In this document: piece by piece, positions 24,701-39,700 of the stretch
Layout: every line of letters begins with the position of its first letter
Position numbering within the stretch: the first letter of the stretch is position 1
Assembly: GCA_964187785.1 (NCBI GenBank)
Contig: OZ076411.1
Location: 21,948,001-22,012,000 of the forward strand
Reading direction: 5' to 3'
Origin: Amphiscolops sp. MND2022
Lineage: Eukaryota
Length of the DNA: 64,000 nucleotides
The notes under the pieces: generated by a model
Told to the model about the DNA's origin: nothing
The model's input: only the letters and a program-made list of their open reading frames with translations
Database searches by the model: none
Made by a program: the position numbers and the translations under genes

Positions 24701-27700
24701 AATCAAGTAGCTTCAAACCCATCGCAGGTAACGATGTTAATAGATTCACCTGAAAATTTTGAAAAGTTGCTGCAAAGATCGGATTTGTTGGCGGAATGAA
24801 TGTCTTGTCAAGGTCGTAAACTAGAATGGTTTTCTTAACACCAGAGCTATTTTTAAAACTGTAATGATCAAAAGTAGCTGGCTCCCCGGTTAGCTTTTCT
24901 CGCCGATGCTAAAGCGTTTGACGTTTTGTTTGGGCAATTGGAATAATTTATCATGAGGGTCAAAACTGTCCAAGACTTTACTTTCCGAATTTAACCAATT
25001 GCTAGTTAAGTTTTTAGCTCCCAGTGAAGAACTGATACTCGAGAGGCTAACTCTGTTGGACCCCCGAAAAGACTATCTGTAGTGTTTTCATTTTCAACTG
25101 CGTTTTCATTTGTCATCGAGTAGCTGCCAACTATAACGCTTCTTGTTTATCGAGTAGTTGTTTCTAGCTGCAGTTTTGGCAGCGCTGTCTCTTCTCTGTG
25201 CATCATTTTGGCAGCAATTTGTCCTATAGGATTTGTTTCCAACTCCATCCGATGACTGGAGGAAACGCATTGTTTTTGTTGACGTAGTTATTTTTTGGCC
25301 TCACCCATCACATCACCTGGATGTTGGAGTCGAACAAATTGAGCTTGTAGAAAATTGCTGGGATTTTTGAATTGTCCTCGTCTGACGAAAACTGTATCAG
25401 CACACTTGTTGAGTTGGAAGTTGCTCAGAAATTGAGATTTTCATTGTTGTATCAGTTGTGAATTTGATTTCACTAGAAAAGCTAGCTTCGTTTTCAAAAG
25501 ATTGAAGCAGTAAGTGCATAGATCAGTGATTACGCGGGCCCTGGTAAAGTCCAACTGCTTACAATACTCTGTGCAAACAGTTCAGTTTTTTTTCGATGAG
25601 AACCAAGAAATCTATCGAAAAGAAGTTTGAATACCGCAATTTCGTTGAAATTTCTAGCTGTTCTTTGGGAGAATTATAACAAATTGTTACTCCATTGAAT
25701 TGCTGAACCTGTTTTCCTCAACACTTATCGAACCATCCTTCCTGGTGTAAAAAAATGACTCAACATGGAATTTTCAAATTTTTTTGATCTGGAGTTTTTA
25801 TAACATTAAATCCTCAGAATTAAACATATGTGATCAGAAGTCAAGCATGACACATGATTCTTTCGAAGTCCACAAACAAGATGAATTAGCTGCGTTAATG
25901 GGCGTGCAGTATTCCTGCTTTAGAAAAGTCAATTCAAGCCAAGATGTCAATCACGTGAAATGGTGGTCATCAAGACAATGTTAGGACAAATCATAAGATA
26001 ACTGAATTGCGTCAAAATGGAATCTGAGCTTTAAGCGGGCTCTGGTAAAGTCTAACTGCTTACAATACCGTAGCACTGCTCTAATACAGCCTACAATACC
26101 AGCATAGCTGGTAGCACTGCGCGTGACAATTGGAATGCGCCTGACATGGGAGTTATGCAAGTTCAAAGAAATATAATAATTCCAATAAATCTTCGAGAAG
26201 AAAATTATAAATATCAAATTAGTATATTTCGAATTACCAATAAATTCGACGTTGAAATGAATATTTCTCACGGAAAAAAATTGTATATCAAGTTGCGTTG
26301 TCTACAATTTGTAGAGGTGGTTCCGGGCAATGCATACTGCAGCATCAGGTTTGCAAGGACTGTTGTTTTTTTCGGAAAAAGTTCGAAGTTCACTGGTTAA
26401 AGTTGATCTCTGGCGCCGACAGATGTTCAATTGCAAACGTCTCATATATCAGTCGAGACTATTTTCCAAAACCTTCGACCTGTGTAACAACCTTGTTTGG
26501 CTCTTAGAACTATTGAAAGTATTCCATGTTTCTACTGTTGAAGATGTTTTCCTTCGAGGATTCTGGCATTTCTTTCCTCGTAATAATTTGAGCTGACTTT
26601 GTTTCCCCACAAGCTTTTGAACTCCACAATCGTGTCTTCTCAACTTTCGCACGTGTTCATTACTGCTGGTTGTAAAATACAGTTCAATTCATTATTCTTC
26701 GCCGACTTCGAAGAATGAACCGAACTTCGACTTGTCGAATGAAGTCATCTTCTCTGTAGAATTTGATTGTTTCGGAGGATCGTGTCTCTCTGGCTTGTTC
26801 CCTTGTCGTATGGTTTTTCTAATCATAAATTCTATTTGGCTCTGCCAACGATCTCGTTTCACTTATTGCTTTCTCCGAGCTCTCACGCTTTTTCGAACTG
26901 AAACTACTTTTGGAATGAGAAAGCGGAATATTCAAATCATCTGCGATTTTTCCTCAAAATTACAAGTTCCAAACTTATGTTCCGAATGAATATTTTACCC
27001 ATATAATTCAACTGATATTATATAGCTTCAGGCGGAATGTGTTTGAAGAGACTTTCGGATTTTTTGAGTTTGATCAATTTGACCCCGAAAAAGACTAGGT
27101 TAAACTGTCAAGTTTCCAATTTCTCACGTTCTTCTGCGAATTTGTCCTTTTTCGTCGGACTTTGTGAATCAGAACAGAACGTTGGAAATTGGCCTCAAAT
27201 TGACACCAAAGTGAATGTTTTGCAATTGGGCGTTTTCCACCAGCTCAGGTCTCCCTAAATCTTTGGATAATTTCTTCCAGTCGATTGGATACATGGTTCT
27301 ATTATAACCCATGCCTTCCATTGCTCTCGCCTAACCTGTGACCAAAGGTTTCAAATATTTCATCTTGACTTTGTCATCAACGACAGTTTCGTCTACTGTT
27401 GACATGAACTGGCCACGCCACTCTGACCATTTTTGTGTGTCTCCAGAAACTTTAAGAATCAAATCAAGTAGCTTCAAACCCATCGCAGGTAACGATGTTA
27501 ATAGATTCACCTGAAAATTCTGAAAAGTTGCTGCATAGATCGGATTTGTTGACGGAATGAATGTCTTGTCAAGGTCGTAAACTAGAATGGTTTTCTTAAC
27601 ACCAGAGCTATTTTCAAAACTGTAATGATCAAAAGTAGCAGGCTCCTCGGTTAGCCTTTCTCGCCGATGCTGAAGCGTTTGACGTTTTGTTTGGGCAATT

Positions 27701-30700
27701 GGAATAATTTATCATGAGTGTCAAAACTGTCCAAGACTTTACTTTCCGAATTTAACCAATTGCTAGTTTAGTTTTTAGCTCCCAGTGAAGAACTGATACT
27801 CGAGAGGCTAACTCTGTTGGACCCCCGAAAAGACTATCTGTAGTGTTTTCATTTTCAACTGCGTTTTCATTTGTCATCGAGTAGCTGCCAACTATAACGC
27901 TTCTTGTTTATCGAGTAGATCTGTTTCTTGCTGTAGTTTTGGTAGCGGTATCACCTTTTTGTGCATCATTTTGGCAGCAATTTGTCCTTTATAGAATTTG
28001 TTTCCAGGTCCATCCGATTACTGGAGGAACCACATTGAGACGTTGATGACGTAGTAATTTTTTTTGCCTCACCCATCACAACAATTTGATGTTGGAATCG
28101 AACAAATTAAGCTTGTATGGAGATGAGCTGCTTACAGGAGGTTCTGGAGTTTCCGAATAGACCAATTCAGGTGATTTTTTCGATGTCGATTCTTGAGCTT
28201 GTAAGTCACTTGTCTTTTTTGCCTTCACTCATCTTTAATGCTGTTTCTGCATCGGAAAGGCTTCTCAAAGATCCACCGAAACTTGGCCAGGAGGAATGTG
28301 TTTCAGCCCTTACTCTCAGCAGAGACTCAATGTCTGCATTTTGTTTCTGAGGTATTTCGTTTGATTGAGTACAATTTTGAAGTTGTTGTTCAATAAATTC
28401 CATTCGAAATGAAGTTTTTTGTTCGTCACCAGTGATTTTCAGCTACAATAGAAGTTTGCTGGGATTTTTGAATTGTCCTCGTCTGACGAAAACTGAATCA
28501 ACACACTTGTTGTGTTAGCTTCATTCGCTCAGAAATTGAGATTCTCATTGTTGTATCAGTTGTGAATTTGGTTTCAGGAGAAAAACTAGCTTCGTTTTCA
28601 AAAGATTGAAGCAGTAAGTGCATAGATCAGTGATTCGGTCGGCATACAAGAGATAACTTTCTTTAAATTTAGCCAAATTAACTCAAAGAAAGACCAACAT
28701 AGTCCATTCCTAAAAGCAAATGATTTTCCAAAGCAAGATTGTTAATAGCTTCTAAACTCGAGAGTAAGTTTGCCATTTGAATCAATATATCAATTTTTAT
28801 AAGTATCTTTTTCTCTCGAAGCTTTTGTGTACCAACTATTATCTGTCAGTCCCAATGATAACATGTATGTTGCAAGCAAACTAACAATAAAATCCGGACA
28901 TCATAGTTGTCCGCGTCAGCGGATCAAGTGTAACCGCTGGTCGAACTACAAACAAATCTGTTTTCTAGCTGTTCTTTGGTAGAATTATAACAAACTGTTA
29001 CTCCATTGAATTGCTGAACCTGTTTTCCTCAACACTTATTGAACAAACCTTTCAGGTGAAACAAATGACTCAACATGAAATTTTCAATTTTTTTCATCTG
29101 AAGTTTATATAACATTAAATCCCCGAATTATACATGTGATCAGAGGTCAAGCATGACACATGATTATTTCGAAGTCCACAAACAAGATGAATTAGCTGCG
29201 TTTATGGGCGTCCAGTATTCATGCATTAGAAAAGTCAATATAAGTCAAGATATCAATCACGTGAAATGGTGGTCATCAAGACAATGATAGGACAAATCAT
29301 AAGATACTGAATCGCGTCAAGTTGGAATCCCAAGTAGCACTGCGCTATCAGCTATGGATTGGACATGCGCCTGACATGAGAGTTATGCAAGTTCAAAGAA
29401 ATATAATAATTCTAATAGATCTCCGAGAAGAAAATTATCAATATCAGGATAATATATTTCGAAATATCAATTAATCAGGCACTGTATCGAATTTGCGCCA
29501 CGATACATCTGTTGGGCAAGGTATTGACTGAACATTGGGTTTATAATGGGTGTTCCATACTTCGTGTGGAATAAACAATCTCACTTCACTTTTCACTTCT
29601 TGAAAAATATAAATCATTCACGAACTTGTAAATTTGATGTTGAAGTAAGTAATTCTCACCGAAAGAAATTGTATAGCGAATTGCGTTGTCTACAAATTGT
29701 AACGGTGGTCTCGGTCATGGCATACTGCAGTATCAGGTTTGCCAGAACGGCTGTATGTTAAGAAAAAGTTTGAATGATTAAAGCGGATTTCTGTAGCTAA
29801 CAGATTTTCAATTGCAAACGTCTCATATACCAGTCGAGATCCTTCTCCAAATCCTTAAACCTTGGTAACAACCTTGCTTGGCTCTTAGAACTAATGAAAG
29901 TGTTTTAAGTTTCTACTGCTGAATATGTTTGTCTTTGGAGGATTCTGCGCACTGGGCATTTCTTTCCTCGTAATAATTTGAACTGACTTTCTTTCCCCAC
30001 AAACTTTTGAACTCCACAATCGTGTCTTCTCAACTTTCACACGTTTCCATCACTGCTGGTTGTAAAATACAGAATTCAATTCATTATTCTTCGCCAACTT
30101 CGAAGAATAAACCGAACTTCGATTTGTCGAATGAAGTTGTCTTTCTAAAGTATTTGATTGTTTCGGAGGATCGTGTCTCTCTGGCTTGTTCCCGAGTTGT
30201 ATGGTTTCTCTAATCATAAATTCTGTTTGGCTCTGCCAACGACCTCTTTTCAATTAATGCTTTCTACGAGCACTCACGCTTTTTCGAGCTGGAACTACTT
30301 TTCGAATGAGAAGACAGAATATTCAAATCATCTGCGACTTTTCTTCAAATTTTGTCCGGTTCCAAATTTATACTCCGAATGAAGGTTTCACCCATATAAT
30401 TCAACTGACAACATATAGCTTCAGGCGGAATGTGTTTGAAGAGACTTTCGGATTTTTTGAGTTTGATCAAGTTGACCCCCAAAACGACTAGGTTAAACTG
30501 TCAAGTTTCTATTTTCTAACGTTTTTCTGCGAATTTGTCCGTTTTTCGTCGGACTTTGTGAATATGAACAGAACGTTAGAAATTGGCCTCAAATTGACAC
30601 CAGAGTGAGTTTTTTCATTTGGGCGTTTTCCACCAGCTCAGGTCTCCCTAAATCTCTGGATAATTTCTTCCAGTCGTTTGGATACATGGTTCTATTATAA

Positions 30701-33700
30701 CCCATGCCTTCCATTGCTCTCGCCTGACCTGAGACCAAAGTTTTCAATTATTTCATCTTGACATTGTCATCAACAACAGTTCCGCTGCATAAGTGTTTGA
30801 CGTTTTGTTTGGGCTGTTGGAATCATTCATCATGAGTGTCAAAACTGTCCAAGATTTTACTTTCCGATTTCAACCAAATGTTAGTTTTGTTTTTAGCTCC
30901 CAGTGAAGAACTGATACTCGAGAGGCTAAATCTGGAAGACCCCCGAAAAGACTATCTGTAACTTTTTCATTTTCAACTCGGTTTTCACTTGTCATCGAGT
31001 AGCTGCCAACTAAAAGGCTTCATGATTATTGAGTAGTTCTGTTTCTCGCTGTTGTTTTGGTAGCGGTATCTCCTTTTTGTTCATCAATTTGGCAGCAATT
31101 TGTCCTTCTATAGGATTTGTTTCCAAATCCATCCGATGACTGGAGGAAACACATTGAGACTTTGATGACGTAGTTATTTTTTTGGCCTCACCCATCACTT
31201 CAACTGGATGTTGGAATCGAACAAATTGAGCTTGTAGAAAATTGCTGGGGTTTTTGAATTGTCCACTTGTTGAGTTAGAAGTTGCTCAGAAATTGAGATT
31301 TTCATCGTTGTATCAGTTGTGAATTTGATTTTAGTAGAAAAGCTAGCTTCCTTTTCAAAAGATTGAAGCAGTAAGTGCATAGATTAGTGATTCGGTCGGC
31401 ATACAAGAGATAACTTTCATAAAATTTAGCCAAATTATCTCAAAGAAAGACCAACATAATAGTCCATTCCTAAAAGCAAATGATTTTCCAAAGCCAGATT
31501 GTTAATAGCTTCTAAATTCGAGAGTAAGTTTGCCATTTGAATCGATATATAAATTTTTATAAGTATCTTTTTCTCTCGAAGCATTTGTGTACCAACTATT
31601 ATCTGTCACTCCCAATGATAACGTGTATGTTGCAAGCAAACTAACAATAAAATCTGGACAGCATAGGTGTCCGGGTCAGCGGATCAAATGTAACCGCTGG
31701 TCGAACTACAGACAAATCTGTTTTCTAGCTGTTCTTTGGTAGAATTATAACAAACTGTTACTCCATTGAATTGCTGAACCTGTTTCCCTCAACACTTATT
31801 GAACAAACCTTTCAGGTGAAACAAATGACTCAACATGAAATTCTCAATTTTTTTTTCATCTGGAGTTTATATAACATTAAATCCCCGATTTATACATGTG
31901 ATCAGAGGTCAAGCATGACACATGATTATTTCGAAGTCCACAAACAAGATGTATTAGCTGCGTTTATGGGCGTCCAGTATTCATGCATTAGAAAAGTCAA
32001 TATAAGTCAAGATATCAATCACGTGAATTGGTGGCCATCAAGACAATGATAGGACAAATCATAAGATAAGATACTGAATCGCGTCAAGTTGGAATCCCAA
32101 GTAGCACTGGGCTATCAGCTATGAGTTTGAAATGCGCCTGACATTAGGGTTATGCAAGTTCAAAGAAATACAATAATTCCATTAAATCTGCGGAAGAAAG
32201 TTATCAATATCAGAATAATATGTTTCGAAATACCAATAAAGCAGTCACTGTATCGAATTTCCGCCACGATACATTTGTGAAACCAGGTGTTTACTAAACA
32301 TTGGGTTTATATTGGGTGTTCTATACTTCGTGTGGAATAAACAATCTCACTTCACTTCTTGAAATATTTAAATATTTCACAAACTTGTAAATTTGACGTT
32401 GATATAAATTTTTCTCACGGAAAGACATTTTATATCGAGTTGCGATGTCTACAATTTGTTGTGGTGGTTACGAGCAATGCATACTGCAGTATCAGGTTTG
32501 CAAGGAATTGTAATTTTAAGAAAAAGTTCGAAGTTCACCGGTTAAAGTTGATCTCTTGAGCCGACAGATGATCAATTGCAAACGTCTCATATACCAGTCG
32601 GGGTCATTTTCCAAATCCTTCGACCTGGGTAACAACCTTTTTTGGCTCTTAGAACTAACGAAAGAATTCTAAGTATCTACTGCTGAATATGTTTGTCTTT
32701 CGAGGATTCTGCGCACTGGGCATTTCTTCCCTCGTATTAATTTCAACTGACTTTGTTTCCCCACAAACTTTTGAACTCCACAATCGTGTCTTCTCAACTT
32801 TCACACGTTTCCATCACTGGTGGTTGTAAAATACAGAGTTCAATTCATTATTCTTCGCGAACTTCGAAGAATAAACCGAACTTCGATTTGTCGAATGAAG
32901 TTGTCTTTCTAAAGTATTTGATTGTTTCGGAGGATCGTGTCTCTCTGGCTTGTTCTCGAGTTGTATGGTTTCTCTAATCATAAATTCTGTTTGGCCCTGC
33001 CAACGACCTCTTTTCACTTATTGCTTTCTTCTTGCTCTCACGCGTTTTCGAACTGAAACTACTTTTCGAAAGAGAAAGCAGAATATTCAAATCATTTGCG
33101 ATTTTCCTCAAGTTTTGCCAGGTTCCAAACTCATACCCCGAATGAAGGTTTGACCCATATAATCCAACTGATAACATATAGCCTCAGGCGGAATGTGTTT
33201 GAAGAGACTTTCGTATTTTTTGAGTTCGGTCAAATTGACCTCTAAAAACCTTGTTGAACTGTCAAGTTTCCAATTTCTTACGTTCTTCTGCGAATATGTC
33301 CGTTTTTCGTCAGACATTGTTAATAGGAACAGAACGTTAGAAATTGGCCTCCAATTGACACAAGAGTTTGTTTTTCGCATTTTGGCATTTTTCCACGAGC
33401 TCAGGTCTCCCAAAATCTGGATAATTTTGTCTAGTTGATTGGATACATGGTTCTATTATTACCCATGCCTTCCATTGCTCTCGCTTGACCTGAGACCAAA
33501 GTTTTCAAATTTTTCATCTTGACGTTGTCATCAACGGCAGTTCCGCCTACAGTTGACATGAACTGGCCACACCACTCTCACCGTTTTTGCGTGTCTCCAG
33601 AAACTTTAAGAATCAAATCAAGTAGTTTCAAACCCATCGCAGGTAACGATGTTAATAGATTCACCTGAAAATTTGGAAAAGTTGCTCCATGGATTGGATT

Positions 33701-36700
33701 TGTTGACGGAATGAATGTCTTGTCAAGGTGATACAATAGAATGGTTATCTCAACACCAGAGCTATTTTTAAAACTGTAATGATCAAAAGTATCAGGCTCC
33801 ACGGTTAGTCTTCTTGCCGATCCATAAGTGTTTGACGTTTTGTTTGGGCATTTGGAATCATTCTTCATGAGTGTCAAAACTGTTCAAGATTTTACTTTCT
33901 GATTTCAACCAAATGTTAGTTTTGTTTTTAGCTCCCAGTGAAGAACTGATACTCGAGAGGCTAAATCTGGAAGACCCCCAGAAAGACTATCTGTAACTTT
34001 TTCTTTTTCAACTCCGTTTTCATTTGTCATGGAGTAGCTGCCAACTATAACGCTTCAAGTTTATCGAGTAGTTCTGTCTCTAGCTATAGTTTTGGCAGCG
34101 GTATCTCCTTTTTGTGCGTCATTTTGGCAGCAATTTGTTCTTCGGAAGATTTGTTTCCAATTCCATCCGATGACTGGAGGAAACACGTTGAGACTTTGAT
34201 GACGTAGTTATTTTTTTGGTCTCAACTGGATGTTGGAATCGAACAAATTAAGCTTATATAGAGAGACGCTGATTACAGGACGTTCTGAAGTTTACGAATA
34301 GACCAATTCAGGTGTTGTTTTCGATGTCGATTCTTGATCTTGTAGGTCACTCTTATCCTCTTTGCCTTCACTCATCTTTAATGCTGTTTCTGCATCGGAA
34401 GGGCTTCTCAAAGATCCACCGAAACTTGGCCAGAAGGAATTTTCAATGTGTTCTGACAAACTGTGAGATGTTTTCCTGTTTCCTTCGACGCCGTCCAAGT
34501 AGGTATGCCATGATTGAAGGAAGTTCGGTGCTTTCTCTGAAAATTCTGCAAGTCCTTGCGTTTCCTCACTCCCATCACGGATTCCAAGAAAATCATTTTC
34601 CCAATGGAGCACGACATTGTTTCAGCCCTTACTCTCAGCCGAGACTCAATGACTGCATTTTATATCTGAGGTCTTTCGTTTGATTGAATACAATTTTGAA
34701 TTTGTTGTTCAATAAGTTCCCTTCGAGATGAAGTGTTTCGTTCGTCACCAGTGATTCTCAGATACAATAGAAGTTTGCTGGGATTTTTGAATTGTCCTCG
34801 TCTGACGAAAACTATCAACACACTTGTTGAGTTAGATTCATTCGCTCAGAAATTGAAAAACTCATTGTTGTATCGGTTGTGAATTTGATTTCAGGAGATA
34901 AACTTGCTTCGTTTTCAAAAGATTGAAGCAGTAAGTGCATAGATTAGTGTTTCGGTCGTAATACAAGAGATAACTTTCATAAAATTTAGTCAAATTAACT
35001 CAAAGAAAAACCAACATAGTCCACTCCCAAAAGCAAATGATTTTCCAAAGCAAGATTGTTAATAGCTTCAAAATTCGAGAGTAAGATTCCCATTTGAAGA
35101 GATATATCAATTTTTATAAGTAAGTATCTTTTTCTCTCGAAGCATTTGTTTACCAACTATAATCTATCACTTCCAATGATAACAGCTATGGTGCAAAAAA
35201 ACTAACAATAGAATCCGGACAGCATAGGTGTCCGGGTCAGCGGATCAAATGTAATCGCCGCTCGAACTACAGACAAATCTGTTCGGGAAACAATTTGTTT
35301 TAATCTGAGCTTTACGCGGACTCTGGTAAAGTCCAACTGCTTACAATTCTTTGTGCAAACAGTTCAGTTTTGTTCGATGAGAACAAAGGCTTCTATCGAA
35401 AAGAATCTTGAATATCGCAACTTCGTTGAATTTTCTAGCTGTTATTTGGGAGAAATATAACAAATTATTACTCCATTGAATTGCTGAACCTGTTTCCCTC
35501 AACACCTATTGAACAAACATTCCTGGTGAAACAAATAATTTATTCATCAAATGATTTATATCATGAAATATTCATTTTTTTTGATCTGGAGTTTATATAA
35601 CATCAAATCTTCACCATCAAACTCACGTGATCAGGATCAAAGGTCAAGCATGACACATGCTTATATCGAAGTCAGCAAACAAGATGAACTAGTTGCGTTA
35701 ATGGGCGTGAAGCATTCCTGCATTAGAAGAGTCAATATAAGTCAAGATGTCAATCACTTGCAATGGTGGTCATCAAGACAATGTTAGGACAAATCATAAG
35801 ATACTAAATCGCGTCAAGTTGGAATCCCAAGTAGCGCTGCGCTATCAGGTATGAAATTGAGATGCGCCTGACATGAGAGTCATGCAAGTTCAAAGAAATA
35901 TAGTAATTCCATTAAATCTCCGAGAAGAATCTTATCAATATGAGGATAATATATTTCGAAATACCAATCAACCAGGCACCGTATCGAATTTCTGCCACGA
36001 TACATTTGGGGCAAGTGTTTACTGAACATTGGGTTTATAATGGGTGTTCCATACTTCGTGTGGAATAAACAATCTCACTTCACTTTTCACTTCTTGAAAA
36101 TTATAAATCATTCACGAACTTGTAAATTTGATGTTGAAGTAAATAATTCTCACCGGAAGAAATTGTACAGCGAATTGCGTTGTCTACAATTTGTAACGGT
36201 GGTCTCGGTCATGGCATACTGCAGTATCAGGTTTGCCAGAACGGCTGTATTTTAAAAAAAAATTTGAATCATTAAAGCGGATTTCTGTAGCTAACAGATT
36301 TTTAATTGCAAACGTCTCATATACCAGTCGAGATCCTTCTCCAAATCCTTAAACCTTGGTAACAACCTTGCTTGGCTCTTAGAACTAATGAAAGTGTTTT
36401 AAGTTTCTACTGCTGAATATGTTTGTCCTTCGAGGATTCTGCGCACTGGGCATTTCTTTCCTCGTAATAATTTGAACTGACTTTGTTTCCCCACAAACTT
36501 TTGAACTCCACAATCGTGTCTTCTCAACTTTTACACGTGTCCATCACTGCTGGATGTAGAATACAGAGTTCAATTCCTTATTCTTCGCCAAATTCGAAAA
36601 ACAAACTCAACTTCGACTTGTCGAAAGAACATGTCTTCTCTGAAGAATTTGATTGCTTCGGAGGATTGTGTCTCTCTGACTTGTTCCTGAGTCGTATGGT

Positions 36701-39700
36701 TTTTCTAATCATAAATTCTCTTTGGCTCTGCCAACGATCTCTTTCCACGTAATGCTTTCTCCGAGCTCTCACGCTTTTTCGAGCTAAAACTACTTTTCGA
36801 ATGAGAAAGCAGAATATTCAAATCATCTGCGATTTTTCCTTAAATTTTGCCAGGTTCCAAATTTATTCTCCGAATGGAGGTTTCACCCAAACAGTTCAAC
36901 TGATAACATATAGCTTCAGGCGCAATGTGTTTGAAGAGACTTTCGGAGTTTTTCAGTTTGATCAATTCGACCCCGAAAAAGACTAGGCTAAACTGTCAAG
37001 TTTCCAATTTCTTACGTTTTTCTGCGAATTTGTCCGTTTTTTGTCGGACTTTGTGAATAAGAACAACATTAGAAATTGGCCTCAAATTGACACCAGAGTG
37101 AGTTTTTTCAAGGTTGGGCGTTTTCCACCAGCTCAGGTCTCCCAAATTCTTTGGATAATTTTTTTCAGTCGATTGGATACATGGTTCTATTATATCCCAT
37201 GCCTTCGATTGCTCTCGGCTTACCTGAGACCAAAAATTTCAAATATTTCATCTTGACGTTGTCATCAACGGCAAATCCGCATACAGTTGACACAAACTGG
37301 TCAGACCACTCTGACCATTTTTGTGTGTCTCCAGATAGTTTGTTAAGAATCAAATCAAGTAGCTTTAAACGCATCGCAAGTAACGATGTTAATAGATTCA
37401 CCTGAAAATTTGAAAAAGTTGCTCCATGGATTGGATTTGTTGATGGATTGAATGTCTTGTCAAGATCACAAACTAGAATGGTTTTCTTAACACCAGAGCT
37501 CTTTTTAAAACTGTAATGATCAAAAGTAGCAGGGTCCACGGTAAGTCTTCTTGCCGATGCATAAGTCTTTGACGTCTTGTTTGGGCAATTGGAATCATTC
37601 ATCTGAGTGTCAAAACTGTCCAAGACTTTACTTTTCGATTTCAACCAAGTGTTAGTTTTGTTTTTAGCTCCCAGTGAAGAACTGATATTCGAGAGGCTAA
37701 CTCTGGAAGACCCTGAGAAATCTAGCCTTTTCATTTTATTCTCCAATTTCGTTTGTCGTCGAGTAGCAGCCAACTATATCGGTTCATGTTTATCGAGTAG
37801 TTGTTTCTCGCTGTAGTTTTGTCAGCGGTATCTCCTTTTTATGCATCATTTTGTAGGTATGCCATGATTGAAGGACGTTTGGTGCTTTCATTGAAAGTTC
37901 TGGAAGTCCTTGCGTTTCCTTACTTCCATCACGGATTCCAAGAAAATCAATATCTCAATGGTGCACGACATTTTTTCATCCCTTACCCTCAGCCGAGACT
38001 CAATGACTGCATTTTATTTCTGAGGTCTTTCGTTTGATGGAAAACGAATTTCAATTTTTTGTTCAATAAATTCCATTCAAGATGAAGTTTTTCGTTCGTC
38101 ACCAGTGATTTTCAGATACAGTAGAAGGTTGCTGGGATTTTTGAATTGTCCTCGTCTGACGAAGACTATCAACACACTTCTTGAGTTAGCTTCTTTCGCT
38201 CAGAAATTGAGATATTCATTGTTGTATACGTTGTGAGTTTGATTTCAGGAGAAAAACTAGCTTCGTTTTCAAAAGATTGAAGCAGTAAGTGTAGCGATCA
38301 GTGATTCGGTCGGCAGAGATGACTTTTATAAAATTAAGCCAAATTAACTCAAAGAAAAACCAACATAGTCCATTCCCAAAAGCAAGTCATTTTGCAAAGC
38401 AAAATTGCTAATAGCTTCTAAATTCGAGAGTTTGATTGCCATTTGAATAGATATATCGGTTTTTTCATCATTTCTCTCGAAGCTTTTGTGTACCAACTAT
38501 CATCTGTCACTTCCAATGATCACAGCTACGTGGCAAGAAAACTAACAATGAAATCCGGACAGGATAGGTGTCCGGGTCGGCGGATCAAATGTAACCGGTG
38601 CTCGAACTACAGACAAGTCTGTTCGGGAAACAATTTGTTTCAATCTCAGCTTTACGCGGGCCCTGGTAAAGTCTAACTGCTTACAATACTTTGTGCAAAC
38701 AGTTCAGTTTTTTTGATGATAACAAAGTATTCTATCGAAAAGAGTTTTGAATACCGCAATTTCGTTGAATTTTCTAGCTGTTCTTTGGGAGAATTTTAAC
38801 AAATCGTTGTTCCATGGAATTGCTGAACCTGTTTCCCTCAACACCTATTGAACAAACATTCCTGGTGAAACAAATGATTCATCATGAAATTTTCATTTTT
38901 TTGATCTGGAGTTTATATAACATCAAATCTTCACCATCAAACTCACGTGATCAGGATCAAAGGTAAAGCATGACACATGCTTATTTCGAAGTCAGCAAAC
39001 AAGATGAATTAGTTGCGTTAATGGGCGTGAAGCATTCCTGCATTAAGAGAGTCAGTATAAGTCAAGATGTCAATCACTTGAAATGGTGGTCATCAAGACA
39101 ATGTTAGGACAAGTCATAAGATACTAAATCGCGTCAAGTTGGAATCCCAAGTAGCACTGCGCTATCATGTATGAAATTGAGATGCGCCTGACATGAGAGT
39201 TATGCAAGTTCAAAAAAATATAGTAATTCCATTAAATCCCCGAGAAGAATCTTATCAATATGAGGATAATAAATTTCGAAATACCAATCAATCAGGCACT
39301 GTATCGAATTTCCGCCACGATACCTTTGGGCCAGGTGTTTACTAAACATTGGGTTTATAATTCGTGTTCCATACTTCGTGTGGAATAAACAATCTCACTT
39401 CACTTTTCACTTCTTGAAAATTATAAAATCATTCACAAACTTGTAAATTTGATATTGAAGTAAGTAATTCTCACCGAAAGATATTGTATATCGAATTGCG
39501 TTGTCTACAATTTGTAACGGTGGTCTCGGTCAAGGCATACTGCAGTATCTGGTTTGCCAGAACGGCTGTATGTTAAGAAAAAATTTGAATGATTAAAGCG
39601 GATTTCTGTAGCTAACAGAATTTCAATTGCAAACGTCTCTTATACCAGTCGAGATCCTCCTCCAAATCCTTAAACCTTGGTAACAACCTTGCTTGGCTCA

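Noticed and set aside
35050-35500. GPCR-like reading (FNGVIICYI.. / IIGSDRL.LV) in the unit leader, and a basic ICL3-like stretch in the flank
   Set aside because: Only isolated motif resemblance with many stops; the segment sits between LTR and gag, where element leader is expected.
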